From Ferruginibacter sp. (lineage in GTDB: Bacteria; Bacteroidota; Bacteroidia; Chitinophagales; Chitinophagaceae): a DNA stretch of 64,000 bases. The position numbers were made by a program, and so were the translations under genes. This document shows, one piece after another, positions 48,713-58,679 of the stretch (positions are counted from its first letter, which is position 1; the number at the start of each line of letters is the position of its first letter). The stretch is from NCBI GenBank assembly GCA_046590675.1, contig JBKJUP010000022.1:6961-70960 (forward strand), in the 5' to 3' direction. The notes below the pieces were generated by a model that had not been told where the DNA came from, did no database searches, and was given only the letters and a program-made list of their open reading frames with translations.

Positions 48713-50374
48713 TTAATGTTGGATATAGGTGCGATTGGTAAAGTCGCCGAATGTTTCATTGGCAGATCGATTGCTAACAAAGGATGTAAATAATGTATCT
48801 AATTCACCAAGGATGCTGTGCTCTTCCAGGTTTTCTTTGAACAAGGTATTTAATCTTTGTCCTTCATTATCGCCACCAATGTGCAGGTTGTATCTACCCG
48901 GCCCGGTACCCACCAAACCAATTTCCGCCGCATAAGGTCTGCCGCATCCATTGGGACATCCCGTCATTCGCATGATGATATTTTCCTGCTCCAGTTGGTG
49001 CTTTACAAGTAAAGGTTCTATTTTAGAAATCAGTGATGGCATGTAACGCTGTGCCTCTGCCAATGCCAGCGGGCAGGTTGGTAAGGCCACACAGGCAATC
49101 GCATTTTTACGAATTGCAGAAGCCGCCGCTGTATGTTCCAGTATATTAAACTTCGCTAAAATATCATTGATGGCATCTTTATCTTCCGGTGCCACATCGC
49201 TGATAATCATATTTTGATTGGCGGTAAACATAAAGCTTGCCTTACCGGTTTTTGCAACTTCATTCAGGGCCGTTTTCAAGGCAATCGTTTCGTCGTCCAG
49301 CACACGGCCATTTTCTATAAACAAAGTGTAATACCAACGTCCTTCATGGTTTTGTTCCCAGCCATAATTATCAACACGGCGTTTAAATTCGTAAGGCCTT
49401 GCAGGTTCCATTGCAAAACCTGTACGTTGCTCAACTTCTTCTTTATACTTATCCATTCCAAGCCTGTCCACCGTATATTTCAACCTGGCCAGTTTGCGAT
49501 CGCTCCTGTTGCCAAAGTCACGCTGAACGGTCAATATTTCATAAACTGTCTTAAGCACTTTTTCTTCTGTGTCAACAAACCCCATTACTGTAGCCAGCCT
49601 GGCGTAGGTCTCCTGGTTACCATGTGTAGTTGATAATCCACCGCCTATCGCAACGTTAAATCCTTTCAATTCATTGTCTTCAATAATAGCAATCAGGCCA
49701 ATATCATTGGCAAAAACATCTACGTCATTATTGGGCGGAATGCCAATTCCAATTTTAAATTTACGCGGCATATAACTATCCCTGTATAACGGATCTTCTT
49801 CTATTTTTTTGTCGGCCACCTTTTCTTCATCCAGCCATATTTCGTAGTATGCTTTTGTTTTGGGCATCAACATCGAACTAATCTTGTCTGCAAAAGCAAA
49901 CACCTTGGCATGCAGAGGCGATTCATTGGGGTGAGCACTGCAGGTAACGTTGCGGTTAATGTCGCCGCAGGTTGCAATACTATCCAGCTTTGCCTCATTA
50001 AAAGCCTGGATGGTTGGCTTTATTTTCGACTTAATGATACCATGCAGTTGTATTGTTTGGCGGGTGGTAATTTTAATAACGCCGGTCGAATTTTCACCAG
50101 CCACATCATTTACAGCCAGCCATTTTTCGGCTGATATAAAACCACCGGGCAGGCGTAAACGAATCATGTAGCTGTAAAGCCGGTCAAGTTTTTTTGTGGC
50201 ACGTTCTTCCCTGCGATCCCTGTTGTCCTGCTGGTACATCCCGTGAAACTTAATCAGCGCCTGGTCGTCTTCACGAATGGCGCCTGTTATTTCATCCTGC
50301 AAACTTTCCCTGATGGTGCCACGCAGTGCGTTACTCTCAACTTTAATTTTTTCTATTGCTGATAATTTTGACAT
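48713..50374 (-). CDS. cysI: Sulfite reductase hemoprotein subunit
   Basis: KFHGMYQQD, CGDINRNV, PRKFKI, CVALPTC, GCPNGC; start at MSKLSA. Confidence 0.95.
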   Translation of the reverse strand: MSKLSAIEKIKVESNALRGTIRESLQDEITGAIREDDQALIKFHGMYQQDNRDRREERATKKLDRLYSYMIRLRLPGGFISAEKWLAVNDVAGENSTGVIKITTRQTIQLHGIIKSKIKPTIQAFNEAKLDSIATCGDINRNVTCSAHPNESPLHAKVFAFADKISSMLMPKTKAYYEIWLDEEKVADKKIEEDPLYRDSYMPRKFKIGIGIPPNNDVDVFANDIGLIAIIEDNELKGFNVAIGGGLSTTHGNQETYARLATVMGFVDTEEKVLKTVYEILTVQRDFGNRSDRKLARLKYTVDRLGMDKYKEEVEQRTGFAMEPARPYEFKRRVDNYGWEQNHEGRWYYTLFIENGRVLDDETIALKTALNEVAKTGKASFMFTANQNMIISDVAPEDKDAINDILAKFNILEHTAAASAIRKNAIACVALPTCPLALAEAQRYMPSLISKIEPLLVKHQLEQENIIMRMTGCPNGCGRPYAAEIGLVGTGPGRYNLHIGGDNEGQRLNTLFKENLEEHSILGELDTLFTSFVSNRSANETFGDFTNRTYIQH

Positions 50375-50599
50375 AGTATTTTCAACCCTTTTGCCTAAGT
50401 CTCCCAAAGGAGTCCGTTCAACAGGCTGACCATTTTTGAATCATCCTGTGAGGCTTTGTTAATAATATTAATTCCAAATTTTCCCAGGCCCAAAGGGAAT
50501 CATTTAAACAGCTTTACTTTTAATTTCTGTAACCGTTAAGGCTTGCTTTATTTCAAATAATTAAAAAACCTTTTGTCCCGGCATTGCATCAATTTTCAT

Positions 50600-50624
50600 C
50601 TTCAGTGGCGTCGCACTCTTGTAC
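50600..50624 (+). repeat. Short dispersed repeat family A, copy 2
   Basis: CTTCAGTGGCGTCGCACTCTTGTAC. Confidence 0.8.
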
Positions 50625-50701
50625 AAAATATCATTACTGAACATTTTCCACCTCCCGTATAAATAACAATAACGTGGTAACAAATCCTTAAACTCCCCAT
50701 A

Positions 50702-50738
50702 GCCCTGCCCTCCTCTTCGGGGAGGATAAAGGTGGGGC
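50702..50738. repeat. REP-like hairpin (family C) just after cysJ stop
   Basis: GCCCTGCCCTCCTCTTCGGGGAGG...GGGGC. Confidence 0.55.
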
Positions 50739-50745
50739 AGCCTTT

Positions 50746-52458
50746 CTAATACACATCCTTCTCGTACCTGCCTGCGTGTTCCATTTGCTCCAGGTAATGT
50801 TTTGCTTCATCACCCGTTTTCTTTCCATGCTCCGCTATTATTCCCAACAATGTTTTTTCTACATCCACACTCATCGGATCTTTTTTACCGCACACAAAGA
50901 AAGAACCGCCGCCTTCCAGCCATTGAAACAATTCGGCACCATGCTGTTCCATTTTATGCTGCACATATAATTTCTCTTTCTGATCCCTGGAAAATGCAAG
51001 ATTCACATTTGTCAACACACCTGTTTCATACCAGTTTTGTATTTCTGTCTGGTATAAAAAGTCGGTAGCAAAATGTTGCTCCCCAAAAAACAGCCAGTTT
51101 CTACCGGTAGCGCCTGTCGCATCTCTTTCAGCAAGGAAAGAACGAAAGGCGGCAATGCCCGTACCCGGACCAACCATCACTACATCTTTCTCCGCAGCCG
51201 GTAAACGAAAGCGCTTGTTAGCCTGTACAAAAAAGTTTTGAGTACTTCCTTCTTTCAAATAACTTAAGTAGTCGGAGCAAAGCCCAAACTTCGTGTCGCC
51301 GTTAATGATATACTCGTCCTTTACCACCACAATATGTACTTCACCTTCGTGTGCAGCCGGTGAAGAGGCAATGGTGTAAAGCCTTGGCGACATAGCGTTC
51401 AGCTTAAGAATTATTTCTTCAAACTGGGCAACATCTTTTACAGGATATATTTTCAGCAGGTCGAGCAGGTTCATTTTAGTAGCAGGAATTTCCTGTTGCA
51501 CCGCATCCGCATATTGCTTTACCAACCTTTCTGTTAAATGAATGATATTGATTTTATACTTCAACAGGTCGAAAATTGTAACCTGCTCTTTTTTAAATTC
51601 TACTATTTTATTAGCATCAGCTCCGCTAACTGCAAGGATGGCTTCTACTTCCGCTGTAGGATTTTCCGGGTAAATACCGATGGAGTCACCACATATATAT
51701 TCTACTCCTTCCGCTTCAATTTCTATATGCCAGGTTTCTTTATTTGAACCATGATCGTTTAGGTTGATAGCAGAAAGCACTTTGCCGGTATATTTTTGCT
51801 TTCCGGCTTTTTTTGCAGGTACTTCAGTGGTCGGCGCTACTGCTACCGCTGCATCGGCTTGTTGTGAATGCAACAGTTGCATCACTTGCAGAAACCAGCC
51901 GTTTGCATCTTCTTCATATTCCACATCGCATTTTTGTAAAGGAGCGATTCTTTCGCCACCCAATTTCTTTAATTGCTCATCTACGTCTTCGCCGGTTTTG
52001 CAATAAAGCGGGTAAGATGTATCGCCCAATGCCAGCACACTATATTTTAATTTACTCAGCTTAAATCCATTTTGGTGAATGTGATCGTAAAATTTTTGTG
52101 CAGCAATCGGTGGTTCACCTTCACCCTGTGTGCTGATAACGGCCAATAAATATTCTTCCTTTGGTAAATCTGTTAACCGGTATTGATCCATGCCAACAAC
52201 TTTGGCGTGAATGTGATGCTGTTTTGCCTTGGTGGCAAATTCGGTTGCAAGCCTTTTGGAGTTACCTGTTTCAGTACCATATACAATGGTTATTTTATTT
52301 ACGGCCGGTGCCGCTGTAACTGTCGGCGCAATCGTGTCTGTTTTTGCAACCTGCGCCTGAACCATACCATTTAAGTACCCATTCATCCAAATCAATTCAT
52401 CCTTACTGGCTGTATTGATGAGATCAAGAAATACTTTAAATTTTGAATCTCCTAACAT
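50746..52458 (-). CDS. cysJ: Sulfite reductase flavoprotein subunit
   Basis: Flavodoxin GTETGNS, STQGEG, ALGD..Y; FNR RLYTIASS, GPGTGIAAFR, YVQH. Confidence 0.92.
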   Translation of the reverse strand: MLGDSKFKVFLDLINTASKDELIWMNGYLNGMVQAQVAKTDTIAPTVTAAPAVNKITIVYGTETGNSKRLATEFATKAKQHHIHAKVVGMDQYRLTDLPKEEYLLAVISTQGEGEPPIAAQKFYDHIHQNGFKLSKLKYSVLALGDTSYPLYCKTGEDVDEQLKKLGGERIAPLQKCDVEYEEDANGWFLQVMQLLHSQQADAAVAVAPTTEVPAKKAGKQKYTGKVLSAINLNDHGSNKETWHIEIEAEGVEYICGDSIGIYPENPTAEVEAILAVSGADANKIVEFKKEQVTIFDLLKYKINIIHLTERLVKQYADAVQQEIPATKMNLLDLLKIYPVKDVAQFEEIILKLNAMSPRLYTIASSPAAHEGEVHIVVVKDEYIINGDTKFGLCSDYLSYLKEGSTQNFFVQANKRFRLPAAEKDVVMVGPGTGIAAFRSFLAERDATGATGRNWLFFGEQHFATDFLYQTEIQNWYETGVLTNVNLAFSRDQKEKLYVQHKMEQHGAELFQWLEGGGSFFVCGKKDPMSVDVEKTLLGIIAEHGKKTGDEAKHYLEQMEHAGRYEKDVY

Positions 52459-52511
52459 TTTTGCAATTTTATTGATTTATGTTGTATGCTTTGTTCGCTT
52501 TGGTAAAGCGG

Positions 52512-53381
52512 TTATTGGTATTTATTAATTGAGTTGCTAAACTGTCCCAATTCATCACTCACTAATTTTTCAAACTGAAAATCTTCAACCGGTTTAAAAT
52601 ATTCTCCTGTTTGCATTGTATAATTTAACCAGGCAAATTTTTCATTTAAAGCCACTACCCTGCCGATGATTACCAGGGTGGGTGAAGCAAACATTCTACC
52701 TTTTAAATTTTGTTCGTATTCATATAAATTACTGGTGTGGATTTGTTGCATTGGTGTTGTAGCCTGTTCTATCACTGCCAGTAATTTATCGGCTGCAATA
52801 TTATTCTTCACCAGGTTTTCCACAACGCCATCAAGCGTTTCAGACGACATGTAAAAAACAAGGGTATCATCGGAATTAGCCAACTCTTTCCAATAAACTG
52901 CAGATACCACATCTGATTTATAAAATGTTAACAGCCTAACTGCAGTGGCGTATCCCCTTGCGGTAAGTGGCATTCCTGCGTAGGCTGCTGCACCCAATGC
53001 TGCCGTAACACCCGGAACTATTTCATAAGGAATATTGTTGGCTACAATTGCTTCCAGCTCGTCCAGTATGTTGGAGAAAATAGATACATCACCTCCTTTT
53101 AAACGCACTACCAGCTTGCCTTCCTGTGCAAACTGTACGATCAGTTCATTGATGCTTTTTTGTGGCGTGCTAAAACCCCGGCGGCATTGCTTGCCCACAT
53201 AAATAATTTCAGCCTTTTCATTGGCATAGGTTGCCAGTATTTCTTTGCTTACCAACCGATCGGTTAATATTACATCTGCCAGTTGAAGATAGCGGGCTGC
53301 CTTTACGGTTATTAATTCCGGATCGCCGCAGCCTGCACCTGCAAGTATTACTTTTCCTGTATGTAAAATATTGTTACTCAT
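52512..53381 (-). CDS. cobA: Uroporphyrinogen-III C-methyltransferase (CysG-A)
   Basis: GAGCGDPELITVKA, VRLKGGD, VPGVTAA. Confidence 0.92.
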   Translation of the reverse strand: MSNNILHTGKVILAGAGCGDPELITVKAARYLQLADVILTDRLVSKEILATYANEKAEIIYVGKQCRRGFSTPQKSINELIVQFAQEGKLVVRLKGGDVSIFSNILDELEAIVANNIPYEIVPGVTAALGAAAYAGMPLTARGYATAVRLLTFYKSDVVSAVYWKELANSDDTLVFYMSSETLDGVVENLVKNNIAADKLLAVIEQATTPMQQIHTSNLYEYEQNLKGRMFASPTLVIIGRVVALNEKFAWLNYTMQTGEYFKPVEDFQFEKLVSDELGQFSNSINKYQ

Positions 53382-53386
53382 TTTAA

Positions 53387-53405
53387 GTCTACTATTTTAG
53401 TAGAT
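53387..53405. promoter_or_regulatory. cys-cluster palindromic operator, copy 3
   Basis: GTCTA-CTATTTTAG-TAGAT, 5 nt upstream of cobA ATG and just after a cysK terminator-like hairpin (CCTGGCG/CGCCAGG). Confidence 0.65.
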
Positions 53406-53457
53406 TATATATTGATAAAAATACCTGGCGAATATTATGCAACCGCCAGGCCATTAT

Positions 53458-54369
53458 TTAAAATAATCCTTCGATGGATAAATATCTTTCACCGGTATCA
53501 TAATTGTAAGTCAACACTTTTGCTCCTGCCGGAATTTCAGCCAGCTTTTTAGCAACTGCGGCTAAAGATGCACCTGTTGAAATACCAACCAAAATACCCT
53601 CCTCTCTTGCGATGCGCTGTGCATAATCAAATGCTTCTTCCTTTGATACTGCGATGGTGCCATCTAACATGGCCGTATTAAGAATTGAAGGTACAAAGCC
53701 TGCTCCAATACCCTGTATGGGGTGAGGGCCGGGTGCACCACCAGCCAACACCGGTGACAGTTCCGGCTCTACTGCAAAAACCTTCAGGTTGGGAAAATGC
53801 TTTTTCAACACTTCTCCCACGCCGGTGATATGGCCACCGGTACCTACGCCAGTAATTAAATAATCAAGTCCGTCCGGAAAGTCATTGAGTATTTCCTGTG
53901 CTGATGTGGTGCGGTGTATTTCAGTATTTGCAGGATTGTCAAATTGCTGCGGCATCCATCCGTTTGGAATTTCTTTTTCAAGTTCACCCGCTTTTTCTAT
54001 GGCACCCTTCATACCTTTTTCACGGGGAGTTAATACAAACTCTGCTCCGTACAATGCCATTAAACGACGACGTTCAATGCTCATGCTTTCGGGCATTACC
54101 AAAATAATTTTATATCCTTTTACGGCAGCTACCATTGCCAAACCAATACCCGTGTTACCGGATGTAGGTTCAATGATAACGCTGTCTTTATGAAGTATTC
54201 CTTTTTGTTCTGCATCTTCAATCATTGCCAATGCAATCCGATCTTTGATACTGGCGCCCGGGTTTGTTTTTTCCAATTTGATCCACACTTCATTTTTATC
54301 GCCGAATAAATTATTGATCCTTACGTGTGGCGTGTTACCGATTGTTTCTAAAATATTATTTGCTTTCAT
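53458..54369 (-). CDS. cysK: Cysteine synthase A
   Basis: [34 protein letters not shown]. Confidence 0.95.
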   Translation of the reverse strand: MKANNILETIGNTPHVRINNLFGDKNEVWIKLEKTNPGASIKDRIALAMIEDAEQKGILHKDSVIIEPTSGNTGIGLAMVAAVKGYKIILVMPESMSIERRRLMALYGAEFVLTPREKGMKGAIEKAGELEKEIPNGWMPQQFDNPANTEIHRTTSAQEILNDFPDGLDYLITGVGTGGHITGVGEVLKKHFPNLKVFAVEPELSPVLAGGAPGPHPIQGIGAGFVPSILNTAMLDGTIAVSKEEAFDYAQRIAREEGILVGISTGASLAAVAKKLAEIPAGAKVLTYNYDTGERYLSIEGLF

Positions 54370-54457
54370 CTTATGTATTTTACTCCTTATTTATTTTACC
54401 CGGAGTTCTTGATTTAGGAATGCTATTTTATTTTTTTATGTTGACAAATGGTATTCA

Positions 54458-54481
54458 GTACAAGTGTGCGACGCAACGAAG
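54458..54481 (-). repeat. Short dispersed repeat family A, copy 3
   Basis: Reverse complement CTTCGTTGCGTCGCACACTTGTAC. Confidence 0.7.
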
Positions 54482-54566
54482 CTGCTATAAAAAGCTACTG
54501 CCTGGTACCAAAATTTTTTAAACAATTATATCAATCAAACTAAATTTCTTTTTAGAAAATACCAAC

Positions 54567-55400
54567 CTAAATCACAAAATTCAATACATCCGGCAAAGGA
54601 TTTTTATCCCTGATACTTACCTCACTTTTATGATATACAATTGAGTGTGGCAACACACTATTGGTGAGCCAAACGTTTCCGCCAATTACGCTATCATGAC
54701 CAATAACCGTTTCACCACCGAGAATGGTTGCCCCGGAATATATGATCACATCGTCCTGAATTGTTGGATGCCTTTTTGTTTTGGCTTCGTCTTTATTTAC
54801 GCTCAATGCACCCAATGTAACGCCCTGGTAAATTTTTACATTGTCGCCAATCAATGCAGTTTCGCCAATTACAACACCGGTGCCATGATCAATAAAAAAT
54901 GACTCACCTATTTGAGCTCCCGGGTGAATATCAATACCCGTTTTACCGTGTGCATATTCTGCAAAAACCCTTGGCAAAATTTTCACCCCGGCCTTCCAAA
55001 GCTGGTGACTGAACCGATAAACCGCAGTAGCATAAAAGCCGGGATAAGCCACCAGCACCTCATCCAGCGATTCCGCAGCCGGATCAAATTTCATGATGGC
55101 CGCAGCATCCTTCAACAGTGCATCATAAATATTTTCGATTTCGTCAAAGAATTCGTTTGCTATTCGTTGCGTTTGATCGCCATCATTTACCACATCATAA
55201 ATTAATGTTGACAAATGACTTTTATACGATTCAAACTCCTTTGACATTTCATACGCTGATATTTTTTTTTGCTTTTCAGGTATGAATAAAAATTCAAAAA
55301 AGCCATCAATAAATTCCGTCGCCAATTCCTTGTCAGGAAAAGAACGGGCACATTGCTGGCGCTTTATATGCAGCTTATTAATAAAATTTTCGTTACTCAT
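54567..55400 (-). CDS. cysE: Serine O-acetyltransferase
   Basis: DPAA, YPGF.A, TGIDIHPGAQIG, IDHGTG, KRHPT. Confidence 0.93.
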   Translation of the reverse strand: MSNENFINKLHIKRQQCARSFPDKELATEFIDGFFEFLFIPEKQKKISAYEMSKEFESYKSHLSTLIYDVVNDGDQTQRIANEFFDEIENIYDALLKDAAAIMKFDPAAESLDEVLVAYPGFYATAVYRFSHQLWKAGVKILPRVFAEYAHGKTGIDIHPGAQIGESFFIDHGTGVVIGETALIGDNVKIYQGVTLGALSVNKDEAKTKRHPTIQDDVIIYSGATILGGETVIGHDSVIGGNVWLTNSVLPHSIVYHKSEVSIRDKNPLPDVLNFVI

Positions 55401-55451
55401 GTTGGTGGATGATTCGTTGTTAACTCAAAATAAAAAAAGATAAAATTAAAA

Positions 55452-56693
55452 CTATTGAATCATACAAGCTCCAACTGTTACATTGCTTGTTTCGTCTATT
55501 AAAATAGCTCCCCCATTTTCTCTCAATTTTTTATAAGAATCAAATGTAACAGGCGATGCCGTTTTTATTTTCACTTTTACGATATCATTCAACTGTGCCT
55601 GTTCCGGTGCCGGTTCTTTTAGCAAAGAGTTTACATCTAACTTATATTCTATTTCTTTTACAACAGCTTTTACTACCCTGCTGTTAATTTGCAACAGGTA
55701 TTTGTTTCCTTCTTTTAAAGGTTTGTTGCCCATCCAGCAAAGCAATACATCCAGTTCATTTTCTACCGAAGGCAGGTTATCGCTTTTTACAATTACATCA
55801 CCCCTGCTGATATCGATGTCGTCCTGCAGGTGAAGTACCACGCTTTGTGGCGCAAATGCTTCTGCTACTTCTTTGCCACCAATTTCTATATTACTAATTA
55901 CACTTGTTAACCCCGACGGTTGCACGACAATTGAATCGCCCTTTTTATAAATGCCACTGATTACTTTTCCGGCATAGCCGCGATAATCGTGCAATACCTC
56001 TGTTTGAGGACGGATTACATACTGAACAGGAAACCTGGCATCGGTATAATTGATGTCATTTTTAACCTCTACATTTTCCAACAGGTGCAATAAAGACTCG
56101 CCTTCGTACCACGGAAAATTAGGCGATTTTTCAACAATATTATCGCCATTGATTGCACTGATGGGAATATAGGTAATGTCTTTTAATCCCAGGGAAGTTG
56201 CCACGGCAGAATAGTCGATCACAATATTATTGAACACATCCTGCGAATTATTTACAAGATCCATTTTATTAATGGCTACTACTACATGCGGCATATCGAG
56301 CAATGAAGCAATGATTGAATGCCTTCTTGTTTGTTCTGAAACGCCATTGCGGGCATCAACCAATATTATTATAAGATCGGAGTTGGATGCGCCTGTAACC
56401 ATGTTACGTGTGTACTGCGTATGGCCTGGTGCATCTGCAATAATAAATTTGCGGCTGGGTGTAGAAAAATATTTATAGGCCACATCAATGGTGATGCCCT
56501 GCTCTCTTTCTGCACGCAATCCGTCTGTTAATAAAGCCAGGTCAATTTCGCCGTCGGTTTTATTCTTACTTTGTTTTTCGATTGCTTCCAACTGATCAAT
56601 CATGATGGATTTACTGTCGTACAATAAACGTCCGATCAAAGTGCTTTTTCCATCATCAACACTACCTGCGGTTATAAATCTTAAAATGTCCAT
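55452..56693 (-). CDS. cysN: Sulfate adenylyltransferase subunit 1 (no fused CysC)
   Basis: GSVDDGKSTLIGRLL, EREQGITIDVAY, DAPGH, NKMD. Confidence 0.95.
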   Translation of the reverse strand: MDILRFITAGSVDDGKSTLIGRLLYDSKSIMIDQLEAIEKQSKNKTDGEIDLALLTDGLRAEREQGITIDVAYKYFSTPSRKFIIADAPGHTQYTRNMVTGASNSDLIIILVDARNGVSEQTRRHSIIASLLDMPHVVVAINKMDLVNNSQDVFNNIVIDYSAVATSLGLKDITYIPISAINGDNIVEKSPNFPWYEGESLLHLLENVEVKNDINYTDARFPVQYVIRPQTEVLHDYRGYAGKVISGIYKKGDSIVVQPSGLTSVISNIEIGGKEVAEAFAPQSVVLHLQDDIDISRGDVIVKSDNLPSVENELDVLLCWMGNKPLKEGNKYLLQINSRVVKAVVKEIEYKLDVNSLLKEPAPEQAQLNDIVKVKIKTASPVTFDSYKKLRENGGAILIDETSNVTVGACMIQ

Positions 56694-56697
56694 ATTA

Positions 56698-56822
56698 GCC
56701 CCTGTCCCTTAAAGGGGAACTTAGTTTTGCACAGTATTAAATTTGTTTAAAATACTGCTGGTTAAAAATATTAATCTCGTAGTTAGCCTAAGCTTGCCTT
56801 CCCCTCTTTAGGGTTGTGGGCT
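56698..56822. repeat. Two oppositely oriented REP-like hairpins (family C) in cysD-cysN spacer
   Basis: GCCCCTGTCCCTTAAAGGGGAAC at 56698 and CCTTCCCCTCTTTAGGGTTGTGGGC at 56797. Confidence 0.55.
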
Positions 56823-56829
56823 TCCGGGC

Positions 56830-57783
56830 TTAAAAATAACCACCCTTTTTTCTATCTTCCATTGCTGCTTCACTTACACGATCATCAATTCTTGTTTCGC
56901 CGCGTTCGCTGGTTTTAGTTGCAATAATTTCCTTAATGATATCATCAATGCTATCTGCACTGGATTCTACGGCAGCAGTACAGGTCATATCGCCAACGGT
57001 TCTGTATCTTACTTTTTTAATTGATATTTTATCCGTTTCATCCAACTGAATAAATTTGGAAGTGGCCACTAATTGTCCCTGGTATTCCAGCACTTCCCTG
57101 TCGTGTGCAAAATAGATAGATGGTAACTCAATTTTATTTCTGCGGATATAATTCCAAATGTCCAGTTCTGTCCAGTTGCTGATTGGGAAAACCCGTACAT
57201 TTTCACCCTTATGAATTCTGCCATTGTAAGTGTTCCATAATTCGGGGCGTTGCAGTTTTGGATCCCACTGGCCAAACTCATCTCTTACAGAAAAAATTCT
57301 TTCCTTCGCTCTTGCCTTTTCTTCATCTCTGCGGGCACCGCCAATACATGCATCAAATTTAAATTCTTCAATGGTGTCGAGCAGGGTAAAAGTTTGCAAC
57401 GCATTGCGGCTGGCAAACTTTCCTTTTTGTTCGGTAAGGTGTTTTTCTTTGATGGTATCTTCTACGTTTCTAACAATCAGTTTTTCACCAATTTCAGCTA
57501 CAAATGAATCCCTGTAATCAAGTGCTTCCTGGAAATTATGACCGGTGTCAATATGTACCAGGGGAAAAGGAAATTTACCCGGACGAAATGCTTTCAATGC
57601 CAGGTGAACTAATACGATTGAATCTTTACCACCGGAAAACAATAAAGCCGGACGTTCAAACTGCCCCGCTACTTCCCTGAATATGTGGATCGATTCTGAT
57701 TCCAGTTGATCAAGGTAATCGAGGTAATGAACACCTACTCCGGAAACCTTGTTACCCTTATCTTCTACTCCTTCTGTTGACAT
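56830..57783 (-). CDS. cysD: Sulfate adenylyltransferase subunit 2
   Basis: LFSGGKDS, HIDTGHNF, GGARRDEEKARAKER, RYRTVGD. Confidence 0.96.
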   Translation of the reverse strand: MSTEGVEDKGNKVSGVGVHYLDYLDQLESESIHIFREVAGQFERPALLFSGGKDSIVLVHLALKAFRPGKFPFPLVHIDTGHNFQEALDYRDSFVAEIGEKLIVRNVEDTIKEKHLTEQKGKFASRNALQTFTLLDTIEEFKFDACIGGARRDEEKARAKERIFSVRDEFGQWDPKLQRPELWNTYNGRIHKGENVRVFPISNWTELDIWNYIRRNKIELPSIYFAHDREVLEYQGQLVATSKFIQLDETDKISIKKVRYRTVGDMTCTAAVESSADSIDDIIKEIIATKTSERGETRIDDRVSEAAMEDRKKGGYF

Positions 57784-57802
57784 ATAATAGTTTTAAAATA
57801 AT

Positions 57803-58543
57803 TTAAGCTTTTATGGTAAGGTTACTCTTTTCGTCATGCACATGTAAGCCGCATTCTTTTTTATCGGCATCTTCCCACCACCATCTTCCAGCCCTGAAAT
57901 CTTCGCCCGGTTGAATGGCTCTTGTACAAGGCGCACAACCAATGCTTACAAATCCACGATCGTGCAAAGGATTATAAGGCACCCTGTTTTTTTGAATATA
58001 ATTTTTCACATCCTCTGTCGTCCAGTTGATGATGGGATGATATTTTATTACCTGGTTCAACTCGTCCCATTCCAACATGGGCAGATCTTTTCTATCTGAA
58101 GAATGTTCAGCTCTTAAACCTGTTACCCAAATTGCGTTACCGGCAAGCGCCCTTTTAAGCGGTTCAACTTTGCGGATACCACAGCATGATTTCCTGTTGG
58201 CGACTGACTCATAAAATGAATTGGGACCGTTGGCCTCTACAAAATTTTGCAGTGCATCCTGGTTGGGATAGTATGCTTTAATGTTAGTTTGGTACATGGC
58301 GTTGGTGCTGCTCCAAACAGAATATGTTTCGGCAAACAGACGGCCAGTATCTAATGTAAAAATTTTTACAGGTAACTTATTGCTTAAAATCTCATGAGAG
58401 ATCACCTGGTCTTCAAAACTAAAACTGGTGGAGAATGTAACTTTTCCCGGAAATTTTTCTGTCAATACTTTTAAAAATGAAGATATGCTTAGTCCACCTG
58501 ACTGGTGGAGTAATTGAGCGATGTTTTGTTGTTGTTGATTCAT
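57803..58543 (-). CDS. cysH: APS/PAPS reductase, 4Fe-4S (APS-reductase) type
   Basis: LDTG, CCGIRKVEPL, SIGCAPCT, RAGRW, ECGLH. Confidence 0.93.
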   Translation of the reverse strand: MNQQQQNIAQLLHQSGGLSISSFLKVLTEKFPGKVTFSTSFSFEDQVISHEILSNKLPVKIFTLDTGRLFAETYSVWSSTNAMYQTNIKAYYPNQDALQNFVEANGPNSFYESVANRKSCCGIRKVEPLKRALAGNAIWVTGLRAEHSSDRKDLPMLEWDELNQVIKYHPIINWTTEDVKNYIQKNRVPYNPLHDRGFVSIGCAPCTRAIQPGEDFRAGRWWWEDADKKECGLHVHDEKSNLTIKA

Positions 58544-58604
58544 TTTTAAGTGTAAAATTGTTGGAGAAAAAATACCGGAGAAAATGATTTGACTTACTTG
58601 CTTA

Positions 58605-58667
58605 TCAGCAGCAGCGAATGGAGCTGCAACACTTGCACATATACATTATTTGAGGATTTGAAGCCAT
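58605..58667 (-). CDS. Cys-rich leader peptide of the cys operon
   Basis: MASNPQIMYMCKCCSSIRCC* (5 Cys in last 10 codons), tandem stops TGA TAA, 61 nt upstream of cysH. Confidence 0.75.
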   Translation of the reverse strand: MASNPQIMYMCKCCSSIRCC

Positions 58668-58679
58668 ATATTTATATAA

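Noticed and set aside
1302-56822. Repeats as a CRISPR array or IS ends
   Set aside because: Copies are dispersed and degenerate with no regular spacers, cas genes, transposase ORF or clear target duplications
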